This document shows positions 19,520 through 29,050 of a stretch of 64,000 nt of DNA, in pieces (within the stretch, counting starts at the first letter, position 1; each line of letters begins with the position of its first letter). The DNA comes from Promethearchaeota archaeon (lineage in GTDB: Archaea; Asgardarchaeota; Lokiarchaeia; Sigyniarchaeales; SOKP01). The notes beneath the pieces are model-generated. The model worked only from the letters and a program-made list of their open reading frames with translations. It was not told the DNA's origin and did no database searches. The stretch spans positions 64,001 through 128,000 of the forward strand of contig JAEOSU010000032.1 in assembly GCA_016840165.1 (NCBI GenBank), given 5' to 3'. Both the position numbers and the translations under genes were made by a program.

Positions 19520-20758
19520 ATGAAAGTAAATAGACGAAAGGAATTATTTGGAGATGTCAGTGACGATGATTGGAATAATTGGCGATGGCAATTTAAGTCC
19601 AGAATTACAACCTTAGAAGAGTTAAAAGAGTATATTCCATTGACTAAGGAAGAAGATGACCCTCGAATTCAGGAGAAAATGCGGATGGCTATTACTCCAT
19701 ACTATCTCTCATTAATTGACCCACACGATCCATGGGATCCTATCAGAAAACAAGCTATACCGACAATACACGAACTTGCCCGAGCATCAGAAGATCTTGA
19801 AGACCCTCTCCATGAAGATGTGGACTCTCCTACTCCTGGTTTAACACATAGGTATCCTGATCGTGTATTATTTCTCGTAACTGAAAATTGTTCAATGTAT
19901 TGTAGACATTGTACCAGAAGGAGATTCGCTGGTCATCATGATAAAGCACCGCCTCAGATACAAATCGATAAGTGCATTGACTATATTAAGGAGACTCCAG
20001 CTATTCGGGATGTGCTTTTATCTGGGGGAGATGCACTTCTCATATCTGATAACACTTTAGAAAGTATTTTAAAAGAGCTAATTGAAATTCCTCATGTGGA
20101 GATTATTAGGATAGGTTCAAGAACGCCAGTAGTCATGCCCCAAAGAATTACTCCCCAACTTTGTGAAATGCTGAAAAATTACCATCCGATTTGGTTTAAT
20201 ACCCATTTTAATCATCCTAATGAAATCACTTCAGATTCTAAACGTGCTTGTGAGATGTTAGCAGATGTTGGGATTCCTATGGGCAACCAATCAGTCCTAT
20301 TAAGGGGAGTAAATGATTGTATTCACGTTATGAAAAAACTGGTCCATGAATTAGTAAAAATCCGCGTTCGCCCTTATTATATATATCAATGTGACTTATC
20401 AATAGGCTTAGGTCATTTTCGGACAACTGTATCTCAAGGTATCGAAATTATCGAAGGCCTCCGTGGTCATACATCGGGATTATGCGTTCCTACCTTTGTT
20501 GTTGATGCCCCTGGAGGCGGGGGAAAAATTCCTGTAATGCCCGATTATACAATATCTCAAGGTCATAAACGAGTGGTATTAAGAAATTTTGAAGGGGTTA
20601 TTACAACTTACGAGGAACCTGAAGATTATGTGCCAGGATGCAGATGTGAGGAGCAAGAGAAACAAATTGGAGTTTCAGCGCTATTAAGTGGACAAAAAAT
20701 AACGATAGAACCTAGTGATTTAGAACGAAATTTAAGACGGCGACGATTAACCAAATAA
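19520..20758 (+). CDS. kamA: Lysine 2,3-aminomutase
   Basis: GLTHRYPDRVL, CSMYCRHCTRRR radical-SAM motif, DAPGGGGK PLP lysine. Confidence 0.96.
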   Translation: MKVNRRKELFGDVSDDDWNNWRWQFKSRITTLEELKEYIPLTKEEDDPRIQEKMRMAITPYYLSLIDPHDPWDPIRKQAIPTIHELARASEDLEDPLHEDVDSPTPGLTHRYPDRVLFLVTENCSMYCRHCTRRRFAGHHDKAPPQIQIDKCIDYIKETPAIRDVLLSGGDALLISDNTLESILKELIEIPHVEIIRIGSRTPVVMPQRITPQLCEMLKNYHPIWFNTHFNHPNEITSDSKRACEMLADVGIPMGNQSVLLRGVNDCIHVMKKLVHELVKIRVRPYYIYQCDLSIGLGHFRTTVSQGIEIIEGLRGHTSGLCVPTFVVDAPGGGGKIPVMPDYTISQGHKRVVLRNFEGVITTYEEPEDYVPGCRCEEQEKQIGVSALLSGQKITIEPSDLERNLRRRRLTK

Positions 20759-20776
20759 TATTAAAAATTTTATTTT

Positions 20777-21817
20777 TTGCCAAATATGGAGTTTATAGAA
20801 TTTATACAAAAGATATTATTGGACCATAAAATCATATCAATTATTGGTTTGGCTAAAAACGTAAGTAAAACAACGACATTAAATCATATTTTAAATCAAT
20901 TATCATCCACTCATCAATTAGGATTAACTTCAATAGGAAGAGATGGTGAGAGGTATGATATTATTTCAGAATTCCCTAAACCACGGATTAAAATAAAAAA
21001 GGGTACTTTTGTTGCCACAGCTGAGGAGAGTATAAAAAATAGTGAAATAGATGTAAAGGAAATATTAAATACGAACATCTCAACACCAATGGGAAAGGTA
21101 CTGATTTTAATGGCAATGAGCGAAGGCTTTATTGAATTAGCAGGTCCATCGAATAACTCTGGTCTTAAGAAAGTATGTAAACAATTGATAGATCTTAAAT
21201 GCGATTTGATTTTAATAGACGGTGCTTTTGATCGAAAATCTTTCGCATCTCCCTTAATATCCGATGCTACCATTCTAAGCACTGGTGCTTCAGTTTCAAA
21301 AGATTTTAACAAAGTTGTGGATGAAACTACTCATATAATTAAGTTATTATCCATTGAAATTGAGGAGGATCCAAGCGTACGTAGCCTCATCAATGAATTA
21401 TTAAGTCATGAGAAAGTAGGATTCATATTTGAAGATAAATCAACTAAGAGTCTGGATTTGGCAACAGCATTAACTTCAGGAAGTAAAATTGGAAAAATGC
21501 TAACCGATAACTTGCGATACGTAATCATTAATGGAGCTATTACGGATAGACTTCTGGAAGATATTATGAAATCAACAAAAAAGTATGTTGGTATTACTTT
21601 TATTGTTGAAAATGCCACAAAGCTGTTTATAAGTAAGAATATATTTAATAAATTTCTAAAGAAAGGTGGAAAAATTAAAACTTTGCATCCAATTAATATT
21701 ATTGCGATCACCATAAACCCCACCTCTCCATATGGATATAATTTCGATAAAAATGTTTTTTTTAAAACTTTACAAGATAAAATTAAGATCCCAATCTTTG
21801 ATCTCGGACCAAATTAA
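20777..21817 (+). CDS. kamB: KamB-like accessory P-loop protein of lysine fermentation cluster
   Basis: IIGLAKNVSKTTTLN, TSIGRDGE, ELAGPS, IDGAFDRK; sits between kamA and kamD; true start may be a few codons downstream. Confidence 0.7.
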   Translation: MPNMEFIEFIQKILLDHKIISIIGLAKNVSKTTTLNHILNQLSSTHQLGLTSIGRDGERYDIISEFPKPRIKIKKGTFVATAEESIKNSEIDVKEILNTNISTPMGKVLILMAMSEGFIELAGPSNNSGLKKVCKQLIDLKCDLILIDGAFDRKSFASPLISDATILSTGASVSKDFNKVVDETTHIIKLLSIEIEEDPSVRSLINELLSHEKVGFIFEDKSTKSLDLATALTSGSKIGKMLTDNLRYVIINGAITDRLLEDIMKSTKKYVGITFIVENATKLFISKNIFNKFLKKGGKIKTLHPINIIAITINPTSPYGYNFDKNVFFKTLQDKIKIPIFDLGPN

Positions 21818-21842
21818 ATAATAAATAAAGGAATTAGGAATC

Positions 21843-23429
21843 ATGAAAAAAAATAGAGAGCTTAAAAATAAAAAGCTAAAACTTAACCAATCTTTAATAA
21901 GAGAAGCCAGAGAAATGGCAAAAAAAACAGCATTGGAAGTTCAAAATTTTATTGATCAGCATACTACCACCACCATCGAAAGAACAATATGTCGATTATT
22001 AGGAATCGATGGAGTGAATGAATTTGATATACCCCTCCCAAATGTAGTTGTAGATACACTATGGAAAGAGAACCATCTCGGTAAGGGTGTTGCTTTTTTT
22101 ATGGGGAATGCGATTCTTCACTGGGGTTTAAATCCTCAAGCGATCGCTGAAAAAATGATAGAAGACGACTTTGATTTCCATGAAATTCCAACTCACGATA
22201 TTTCTGCTATAAAAGATGCGATTAATCCAATTGTAGAAACTACACTAAATAGGATACTTCATAATAAGCAAGAAAGAGAAGATTTTTTGAAGAAATATGG
22301 AGATAAAACAGAGCCTTTAATCTATGTAATCGTAGCTACAGGTAATATTTATGAAGATATAATCCAAGCTCAAGCAGCAGCAAAGCAAGGAGCTGACGTT
22401 ATAGCCGTAATACGATCTACAGGGCAGAGTCTATTGGATTATGTCCCTTATGGTCCTACAACAGAGGGTTTTGGAGGAACTTTTGCTACTCAAGAAAATT
22501 TTAAACTAATGAGAAAGGCTTTAGATGAGGTAGGAGAGGAACTTGGAAGGTATATTAGGTTAACCAATTATTGTTCAGGGTTGTGCATGCCAGAGATTGC
22601 TGCGATGGGAGCATTTGAACGATTAGATATGATGTTAAATGATGCACTCTATGGAATTTTATTTCGAGATATAAATATGAAGAGAACTATGATAGATCAG
22701 TATTTCTCTCGTGTGATTAATGCATTTGCGGGAGTAATCATTAATACAGGAGAGGATAACTACCTAACTACCGATGACGCTTATGAAGCCGCCCACACAG
22801 TTCTCGCATCGCAGTTTATTAATGAGCAATTCGCATTATTAGCCGGGTTAAAGGAAGAACAGATGGGATTAGGCCATGCGTTTGAAATGAATCCCGATCT
22901 AAAAAATGGCTTTTTATATGAGTTAGCTCAAGCGCAAATGGCTCGTGAGATCTTCCCAAATGCGCCATTAAAGTACATGCCGCCTACTAAATATATGACT
23001 GGAAATATTTTCAGAGGCCACGTTCAAGATGCACTATTCAATATCATTACGATAATGACGGATCAAAGAATCCATCTCTTAGGAATGCTTACAGAGGCTA
23101 TCCATACACCGTTTATGAGCGATAGAGCTTTATCAATTGAAAATGCTAAATATATTTATAATAATCTAGCTGCCTTTGGAGAAGAAGTTTATTTTAAAGA
23201 GAATGGCATCATCCAAAATAGAGCAAATAAAGTATTAGAAAAGTCATTAGATTTACTTAAGGAAATCCAGCATCATGGCTTATTTAAAACTATTGAATTA
23301 GGAAAATTTGCAGGGATCAAAAGACCCATTGATGGCGGTAAAGGTTTAGAAGGGGTTTTAAAAAAGGAAAAGGAATATTTTAACCCCTTTCTGGAAGAAA
23401 TGTTAAAAAAACTGGGAGGTGATGCTTAA
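21843..23429 (+). CDS. kamD: D-lysine/beta-lysine 5,6-aminomutase alpha subunit
   Basis: YVIVATGNIYED, QSLLDYVPYG, NYCSGLCMPEIA, KYMPPTKYMTG. Confidence 0.95.
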   Translation: MKKNRELKNKKLKLNQSLIREAREMAKKTALEVQNFIDQHTTTTIERTICRLLGIDGVNEFDIPLPNVVVDTLWKENHLGKGVAFFMGNAILHWGLNPQAIAEKMIEDDFDFHEIPTHDISAIKDAINPIVETTLNRILHNKQEREDFLKKYGDKTEPLIYVIVATGNIYEDIIQAQAAAKQGADVIAVIRSTGQSLLDYVPYGPTTEGFGGTFATQENFKLMRKALDEVGEELGRYIRLTNYCSGLCMPEIAAMGAFERLDMMLNDALYGILFRDINMKRTMIDQYFSRVINAFAGVIINTGEDNYLTTDDAYEAAHTVLASQFINEQFALLAGLKEEQMGLGHAFEMNPDLKNGFLYELAQAQMAREIFPNAPLKYMPPTKYMTGNIFRGHVQDALFNIITIMTDQRIHLLGMLTEAIHTPFMSDRALSIENAKYIYNNLAAFGEEVYFKENGIIQNRANKVLEKSLDLLKEIQHHGLFKTIELGKFAGIKRPIDGGKGLEGVLKKEKEYFNPFLEEMLKKLGGDA

Positions 23430-23430
23430 A

Positions 23431-24225
23431 GTGGGAGGTGGATTATACTCTACTGATTCAAAAAAATATGATAAAAACCTTGATTTAACTCAAATCATAC
23501 CATATGGCGACACGATGAATGATGGGAAGGTTCAGATTAGCTTTACGCTCCCCATCAAGAATGATGCAAAAGCAACTAAAGTAGCCATGTTATTTTCAAA
23601 AAAAATGGGCTTAAAAGATCCGTCAATAGTGCATCAAGAAGAATTATTCGAGAATTTTACTTTCTTCATCATTTATGGAAGTCTTATCCACACTATTGAT
23701 TATACAGCCATAAAGTCAGATCAAATTGAAACTGAAGAAATGTCTATGGATGAGATAAATGATTATATAAAAGAAAATCTAAAACGTAAAGTTATCGTTT
23801 TGGGAGCTACTACTGGGACCGATGCTCATACGGTCGGTATTGATGCGATTATGAATATGAAAGGATTTGCTGGGCATTATGGATTAGAACGTTATGAGAT
23901 GCTTGAGGTCTATAACTTGGGTTCTCAAGTATTAAATGAGGATTTCGTACAAAAAGCAATTGAATTAAAAGCAGATGTATTGCTTGTATCTCAGACTGTC
24001 ACTCAAAAAAAGATTCACGTTTTAAATTTAACAAATCTAGTTGAGTTATTAGAGGCAGAAGGAATAAGAGATGATGTGATTTTAATCTGTGGAGGTCCAC
24101 GAATAAGTAATGAACTTGCTAAAGAATTAGGATATGACGCTGGGTTCGGTCCTGGAACATTTGCTGAAAATGTAGCAAGTTTTTTCATAAAAGAATTAGT
24201 AAAAAGGAAAAAAAGAAATTATTAA
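23431..24225 (+). CDS. kamE: Lysine 5,6-aminomutase beta subunit (B12/PLP-binding)
   Basis: PYGDTMNDGKVQ, GTDAHTVGIDAIMNMKG; start moved to GTG 23431 (MGGGLYS) behind GGAGGTGA at 23415-23422. Confidence 0.93.
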   Translation: MGGGLYSTDSKKYDKNLDLTQIIPYGDTMNDGKVQISFTLPIKNDAKATKVAMLFSKKMGLKDPSIVHQEELFENFTFFIIYGSLIHTIDYTAIKSDQIETEEMSMDEINDYIKENLKRKVIVLGATTGTDAHTVGIDAIMNMKGFAGHYGLERYEMLEVYNLGSQVLNEDFVQKAIELKADVLLVSQTVTQKKIHVLNLTNLVELLEAEGIRDDVILICGGPRISNELAKELGYDAGFGPGTFAENVASFFIKELVKRKKRNY

Positions 24226-24231
24226 AATATT

Positions 24232-25047
24232 TTACACTGGAATATCCCTTTTATTAAATATAATAATAGATACTATTACTAATCCAATCGAATATCCTAT
24301 TAAGATTATATTATTTATTAAAACATTATCCCATACTTGATTAACCATTAGATTGGATGTTTCGAAGTAATTAAAAATACTTAGATATTTAAGAAATTCT
24401 AAATTCTCTCCAAAACTTTGCCAATAGACTCCTATGATATAAAAAAATATTACCAGTCCAAGCGTTAATCCTAAAGATTTACGTGGGGTCAAAAATGTTG
24501 AGAAAAATAGTCCAGTACTTATTAAAGCAACCAGAAATACAAATAACCAGACAAAGGCAATAATGAGTTCATTAAAATATACGATATTTGGATCAACATT
24601 TGGAAATGCAAATATTCCTGCGATTACAGCAATTCCCGCCCAGAAAGTTAAAAATGCTGCTGATGTAACATGCCTTAGAAACTTTCCAATAACAAATTTC
24701 CATCTTTTAATTGGTTTTGATAACATTATATCAATGGTTTTATCGTCAATTTCCTTCGGAATATCTTGTGAAACTTTCATCATAAAATAAATTCCAAAGT
24801 AGAACCATGAAAGAGAGAAAAGATATACATTTATAAATCCTGTAAATATTGTTAAAGATATAGATTCGCCAATCATTCGTTGTATTGCTTCAGGATAACC
24901 CGCTACTAACTCTTCCAAATCTCCAAAGAGTTCTGGGTCAAACATAGTCGTAAACCATAAGAAAAACAAAGCCATTAAAATACTAAAGATCAAAAATCCT
25001 TTGAGATTTTGCCTTAAATCATTCCAAGTTATTCTTAGAAATTTCAT
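24232..25047 (-). CDS. ABC-2 type exporter permease
   Basis: EIDDKTIDIMLSKPIKR, 6 TM; overlaps ATPase gene by 4 nt. Confidence 0.88.
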   Translation of the reverse strand: MKFLRITWNDLRQNLKGFLIFSILMALFFLWFTTMFDPELFGDLEELVAGYPEAIQRMIGESISLTIFTGFINVYLFSLSWFYFGIYFMMKVSQDIPKEIDDKTIDIMLSKPIKRWKFVIGKFLRHVTSAAFLTFWAGIAVIAGIFAFPNVDPNIVYFNELIIAFVWLFVFLVALISTGLFFSTFLTPRKSLGLTLGLVIFFYIIGVYWQSFGENLEFLKYLSIFNYFETSNLMVNQVWDNVLINNIILIGYSIGLVIVSIIIFNKRDIPV

Positions 25048-26000
25048 ATCAATCCCTCCTTTACATCAGTCTTTCCTTGATAATATTGGAGGAAAATATT
25101 CTCTAATGTAGAATGTCTGATAGAAAAATCTTTTATAGCTGTTCCATCCCACTCTTTTTCAAATATTTCATGTAATATTTCCCTTGATTCTCGAGGAGGA
25201 AGTAAGAATTCAATTTGAACATCAAAATTGTATTTCACTATAGCTTGAGGATATTCGCTTGATAAGAAAGAATAAAATGATTCCATACTTCTTGGGGATT
25301 CAAAAATCAGCTCAATATGTTTGAGATTTTTAGCTTTTAGATCTTGTACATTAGCAATTTCAACTATTTTTCCTTCTTTTATTATAGCAATGGTATCGCA
25401 GAATTTTTCAACTTCTGGTAAAACATGACTTGAAACAAAAACAGTTATATTTGACTCTTTCTGGCGTTCTGATACTATTCTATAGAATTCTGACTGCATT
25501 AATGGATCCAAACCAGATGTAGGCTCATCCATAATAAGAAGATCAAAATCTCCCATCAAAGCAGTCAAAACTCCCACTTTTTGTTTATTTCCTTTACTTA
25601 AAACTTTAGTTTTCCTTCCCATGTCTATTTGAAGGCGTTCTGAAACATCCTGAACAAAATCCCAATCGATCTCAATATCGTACAGTGTCGCAAAATACTT
25701 AATTAAACTTTCGGCAGTCATTTGTTTATATAAACCTAATTCACCGGGTAAATATCCTACTTTATTGCGATACTTTACATCCTTCTTAGGATTTATGTTC
25801 TCACCGAAAATAGAAATTTGACCTCCATCAAGATTAAGGAATCCAAGAATACAACGTATAGTAGTGGTCTTTCCTGCCCCATTCGGTCCTAAAAATCCAA
25901 ATCGTGCTCCTTTTTCTACATTAAACGAAATATCATCAACAGCCTTTACTTTTCCTTTATTATAATATTTTTTAAGATTTTCAACTTCAATAACATTCAT
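25044..26000 (-). CDS. ABC transporter ATP-binding protein
   Basis: GPNGAGKTT, LSKGNKQK, LIMDEPTSGLD, SSH. Confidence 0.95.
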   Translation of the reverse strand: MNVIEVENLKKYYNKGKVKAVDDISFNVEKGARFGFLGPNGAGKTTTIRCILGFLNLDGGQISIFGENINPKKDVKYRNKVGYLPGELGLYKQMTAESLIKYFATLYDIEIDWDFVQDVSERLQIDMGRKTKVLSKGNKQKVGVLTALMGDFDLLIMDEPTSGLDPLMQSEFYRIVSERQKESNITVFVSSHVLPEVEKFCDTIAIIKEGKIVEIANVQDLKAKNLKHIELIFESPRSMESFYSFLSSEYPQAIVKYNFDVQIEFLLPPRESREILHEIFEKEWDGTAIKDFSIRHSTLENIFLQYYQGKTDVKEGLI

Positions 26001-26145
26001 AGTAAAAATTCCTTATTTTCATAAATTTTAAAATTTAAAAAGATTCTATGAATTATATATTCAAGTATCTATTTAAATATTTTCACAATCTTTAAAATTT
26101 GAAAATAAAATATAAATATATTAAAACTCTTAATACTTAATAGAG

Positions 26146-26691
26146 ATGCCTAAAGATGAGAAATTATCAAAAGAATATGTTTATCAAAAAAGAATTCGTG
26201 AAATTGAAAAAGAGATTATTGATTTCTTTGTTAAAATTGGAGAACAACGCTATTTAACTCCTAAGTTTTCAATAATTTTCGGATATTTAATTATTCATCG
26301 AGTTCTTTCTCAATCAGAATTAAGTGACCTAACAGGTTATTCAATAGCAACGGTTTCAAATACGCTACGATTAATGCTCAGCTTAAATTTAGCTAGTAAG
26401 CGTCTAAGGCCTAATTCACATGAATATGAGTATTATATCTTCGGGGAAAATACAAGCTTAACTCCACAATCGAGTAAATTTAAATTGGAATCCGTACAGC
26501 AGGGTTTAGATTTTTTTTCTAATAAAAAGCAGCAGCTTGAAAAGAGCAATCTAAAAGAAAGGAAAGGGTATAATTTATTACTCCAAAGAATAGAAGAATT
26601 ACTTAACTTCTTAATTGTTTGGAAATCAATGATTGAATTCCAGACAACATTATTTATTGAATTTATGAAAAAAAACCAGCTATCCATTTAA
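26146..26691 (+). CDS. GbsR/MarR-like wHTH regulator
   Basis: LSQSELSDLTGYSIATVSNTLRLM. Confidence 0.8.
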   Translation: MPKDEKLSKEYVYQKRIREIEKEIIDFFVKIGEQRYLTPKFSIIFGYLIIHRVLSQSELSDLTGYSIATVSNTLRLMLSLNLASKRLRPNSHEYEYYIFGENTSLTPQSSKFKLESVQQGLDFFSNKKQQLEKSNLKERKGYNLLLQRIEELLNFLIVWKSMIEFQTTLFIEFMKKNQLSI

Positions 26692-26695
26692 TCCT

Positions 26696-27199
26696 ATGAG
26701 GAATATCAACCCTATAGATAAAGATGTAGCCAAATTTGAAAAGGAACTTATCGAATTCATGATAAGATCTCCGCTCTTTTTCGACCAAAATCAAATTTTT
26801 TCGATGATTAAATCATATTTTGTAACTCGTAAATACCTTGATCAAGCATCTCTTAGAAAAATTACCGGGCTTTCTGCTGGAAAAGTATCCCAGGAACTAC
26901 ATAATCTCATTGAAATGGGATTAATAGAAGAAAATAAAATAGAAAATTCTCGAAAGATTATCTACTCAATGAAATCAATACAAAAATCATTTCTTGCATC
27001 TGCAATTAATGCAGTAAAAGAGATTGCTGAATGGCAGTCTAATTTAAGAAAAATAAAAGAGGAGCTAGATAGAGATAAAGAAGAATTGCAAAAACTTAGA
27101 GGTTATTCTGACATTTATAAAATTGTCAACCTCTTTTCGATTTCTTTACCTTTGAATGAAAAAATGCTAGAAAAACTACAAGAATATTATAATAAATGA
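26696..27199 (+). CDS. GbsR/MarR-like wHTH regulator, second copy
   Basis: LDQASLRKITGLSAGKVSQELHNLIEMGLI. Confidence 0.8.
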   Translation: MRNINPIDKDVAKFEKELIEFMIRSPLFFDQNQIFSMIKSYFVTRKYLDQASLRKITGLSAGKVSQELHNLIEMGLIEENKIENSRKIIYSMKSIQKSFLASAINAVKEIAEWQSNLRKIKEELDRDKEELQKLRGYSDIYKIVNLFSISLPLNEKMLEKLQEYYNK

Positions 27200-27233
27200 A
27201 TTATCGATTCAAAACAATTTTCAAATATTTTAA

Positions 27234-27479
27234 TTATTTCTCCCACGATTTCATTATAACATGAGTATTGCTTTGTACTATTCCCTCTATTAAGTCAATC
27301 TGATTGGCAAAAATGTCAAATAATTCTTCTGAACTTTCAACTTCAATTTCTGCAAGCAGATCATAGTCTCCAGTTAGCGACATTATCTTTTTAATCTGTT
27401 GTATCTTTTTTAATTCTTCAATTACCTTATTAATAACACTTAATCCTAGCTTGCAAAACATAACAGCTTTGATTGTCAA
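27234..27479 (-). CDS. Stand-alone Lrp/AsnC ligand-binding (RAM) domain protein
   Basis: LTGDYDLLAEIE...IEGIVQSNTHVI, no HTH. Confidence 0.85.
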   Translation of the reverse strand: MTIKAVMFCKLGLSVINKVIEELKKIQQIKKIMSLTGDYDLLAEIEVESSEELFDIFANQIDLIEGIVQSNTHVIMKSWEK

Positions 27480-27498
27480 TCTAAATCATCCCTTTTCT

Positions 27499-28815
27499 TT
27501 AAGTTATTTTTTCAATCTTATTGATAAAATAAATATCTACTTTTTTAATATCACTTATGCTTTTAAGTTTTTTATCTACAAGGTAGTAGAAATCTTTAAT
27601 CGAGCTAATTTTTATATTTATTAATAAATCATGATAACCAATTAAAGCATGTATAGCAACAATCCCATAATTTTTTAATATTTTAACGGGTAATAACCCC
27701 ATCGAACCTTTTCTTAAGGTAATTAATAAATAAGCATTTACCATATTTTTAACTTCATGGGCATAACGTAAAATTATGGAGATCACTATCAGAAAGATGA
27801 ATATTATCAGAAGCTCAAAAGGAAAGAATTCACTAACTAGAATTACTGACAAGATGATTGAACCCATCGGATCTATCAGATTTAAGATACTACTCCACTG
27901 GCTATAAGTTAGATTCAATGATTTCCAATTTACATTCGCAAGGTATATGAGTAAATAAGGAATGATGGTCGAGAAAATAATGAGATAAATGATTTCCCAT
28001 CGTTCAAGATATAAGAAGATATTTGTAAATTCATTAAAAAATAAGATAATTTCAAGCTTTAAATCACTAAAAATCGGTAAGAAATTTAAGACCATTAAAA
28101 AGGGTATCATTAGTAAAGTTCCAATAAGAAATGATAAAGACATTTTAATTAAGAATCGTGGAATTTTGTAATATTTATTTTCATTAATGCTGGTTAACTC
28201 CAATTTGGAATATGAATCCTTATTAATGCCTACATAAAGAAATGATATCGAAACACTAAATAAGATAAGATAAACAAATCCATTAAGAGAAATTGGTTCA
28301 CCATGAAGTTGAGCACTTTGATATGAGACAAATAAAATTATTAAAATTGCAAAAAACATCAAAGCAATATATAAGGCTTTAAAAACATCGAATTTTTCAA
28401 AATTTCGACCTGCTTCATATATAGCAATGATAATTACGCTTAATAAGAAACCAATCATCGTAAATGAAATTGACGTGACCTTTAATGTGAGAAAAAAGAA
28501 GACAAGATTGAGAATAACTCCGCAAAATCCAATTAAAATATAATAGTGATAATTTCGTATATTGTTGAATCTTCTATTCTTATGCCTAATATTTTCAAAC
28601 AGGAGTTTGATAGAAATTTTTGCATTATTGGTTAAATGATTATTTATTAGAGTAAACAAAATCGCAATAAATAATAGAAATGAGCCCGAGACAGTAAATC
28701 GAATAAAAATTATCATAAATACGGAAATCTCGGAGACCAAATCAGAAACTAAAACAGGAATAAAACTCCATAATAGATTTGCAACAACTATGTTGATTAC
28801 ATACTTGTTCTGCAT
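27499..28815 (-). CDS. DMT/EamA-type transporter fused to C-terminal Lrp/AsnC-type domain
   Basis: LLWSFIP..IRF..SG EamA start, about 10 TM; C-terminal AYLLI...LIGYHDLLINIK...ISDIKKVDIYFI. Confidence 0.75.
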   Translation of the reverse strand: MQNKYVINIVVANLLWSFIPVLVSDLVSEISVFMIIFIRFTVSGSFLLFIAILFTLINNHLTNNAKISIKLLFENIRHKNRRFNNIRNYHYYILIGFCGVILNLVFFFLTLKVTSISFTMIGFLLSVIIIAIYEAGRNFEKFDVFKALYIALMFFAILIILFVSYQSAQLHGEPISLNGFVYLILFSVSISFLYVGINKDSYSKLELTSINENKYYKIPRFLIKMSLSFLIGTLLMIPFLMVLNFLPIFSDLKLEIILFFNEFTNIFLYLERWEIIYLIIFSTIIPYLLIYLANVNWKSLNLTYSQWSSILNLIDPMGSIILSVILVSEFFPFELLIIFIFLIVISIILRYAHEVKNMVNAYLLITLRKGSMGLLPVKILKNYGIVAIHALIGYHDLLINIKISSIKDFYYLVDKKLKSISDIKKVDIYFINKIEKIT

Positions 28816-29050
28816 TAGAATTTCACTTCTATTGATTCTTTAATTTTTTCCCATAAGCTTGGCGAGAGTATATGTAGAATTATTTGAATACTTTACGATC
28901 TTCATAATAATTTACTCTAGTTTGATTTATAAAACCATCTGTGCCCATTTCATTCCCAACATTAAAATTGATATTGATGGTCTAATGTTATAGATAAAAA
29001 TATAAATTATCGGCAATAATCTTACAAAAGAATTACAATAAGAAGATATT

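Noticed and set aside
19520-20758. ablA osmolyte pathway or EF-P modification role for the aminomutase
   Set aside because: No ablB or epmA adjacent; followed by kamB, kamD, kamE
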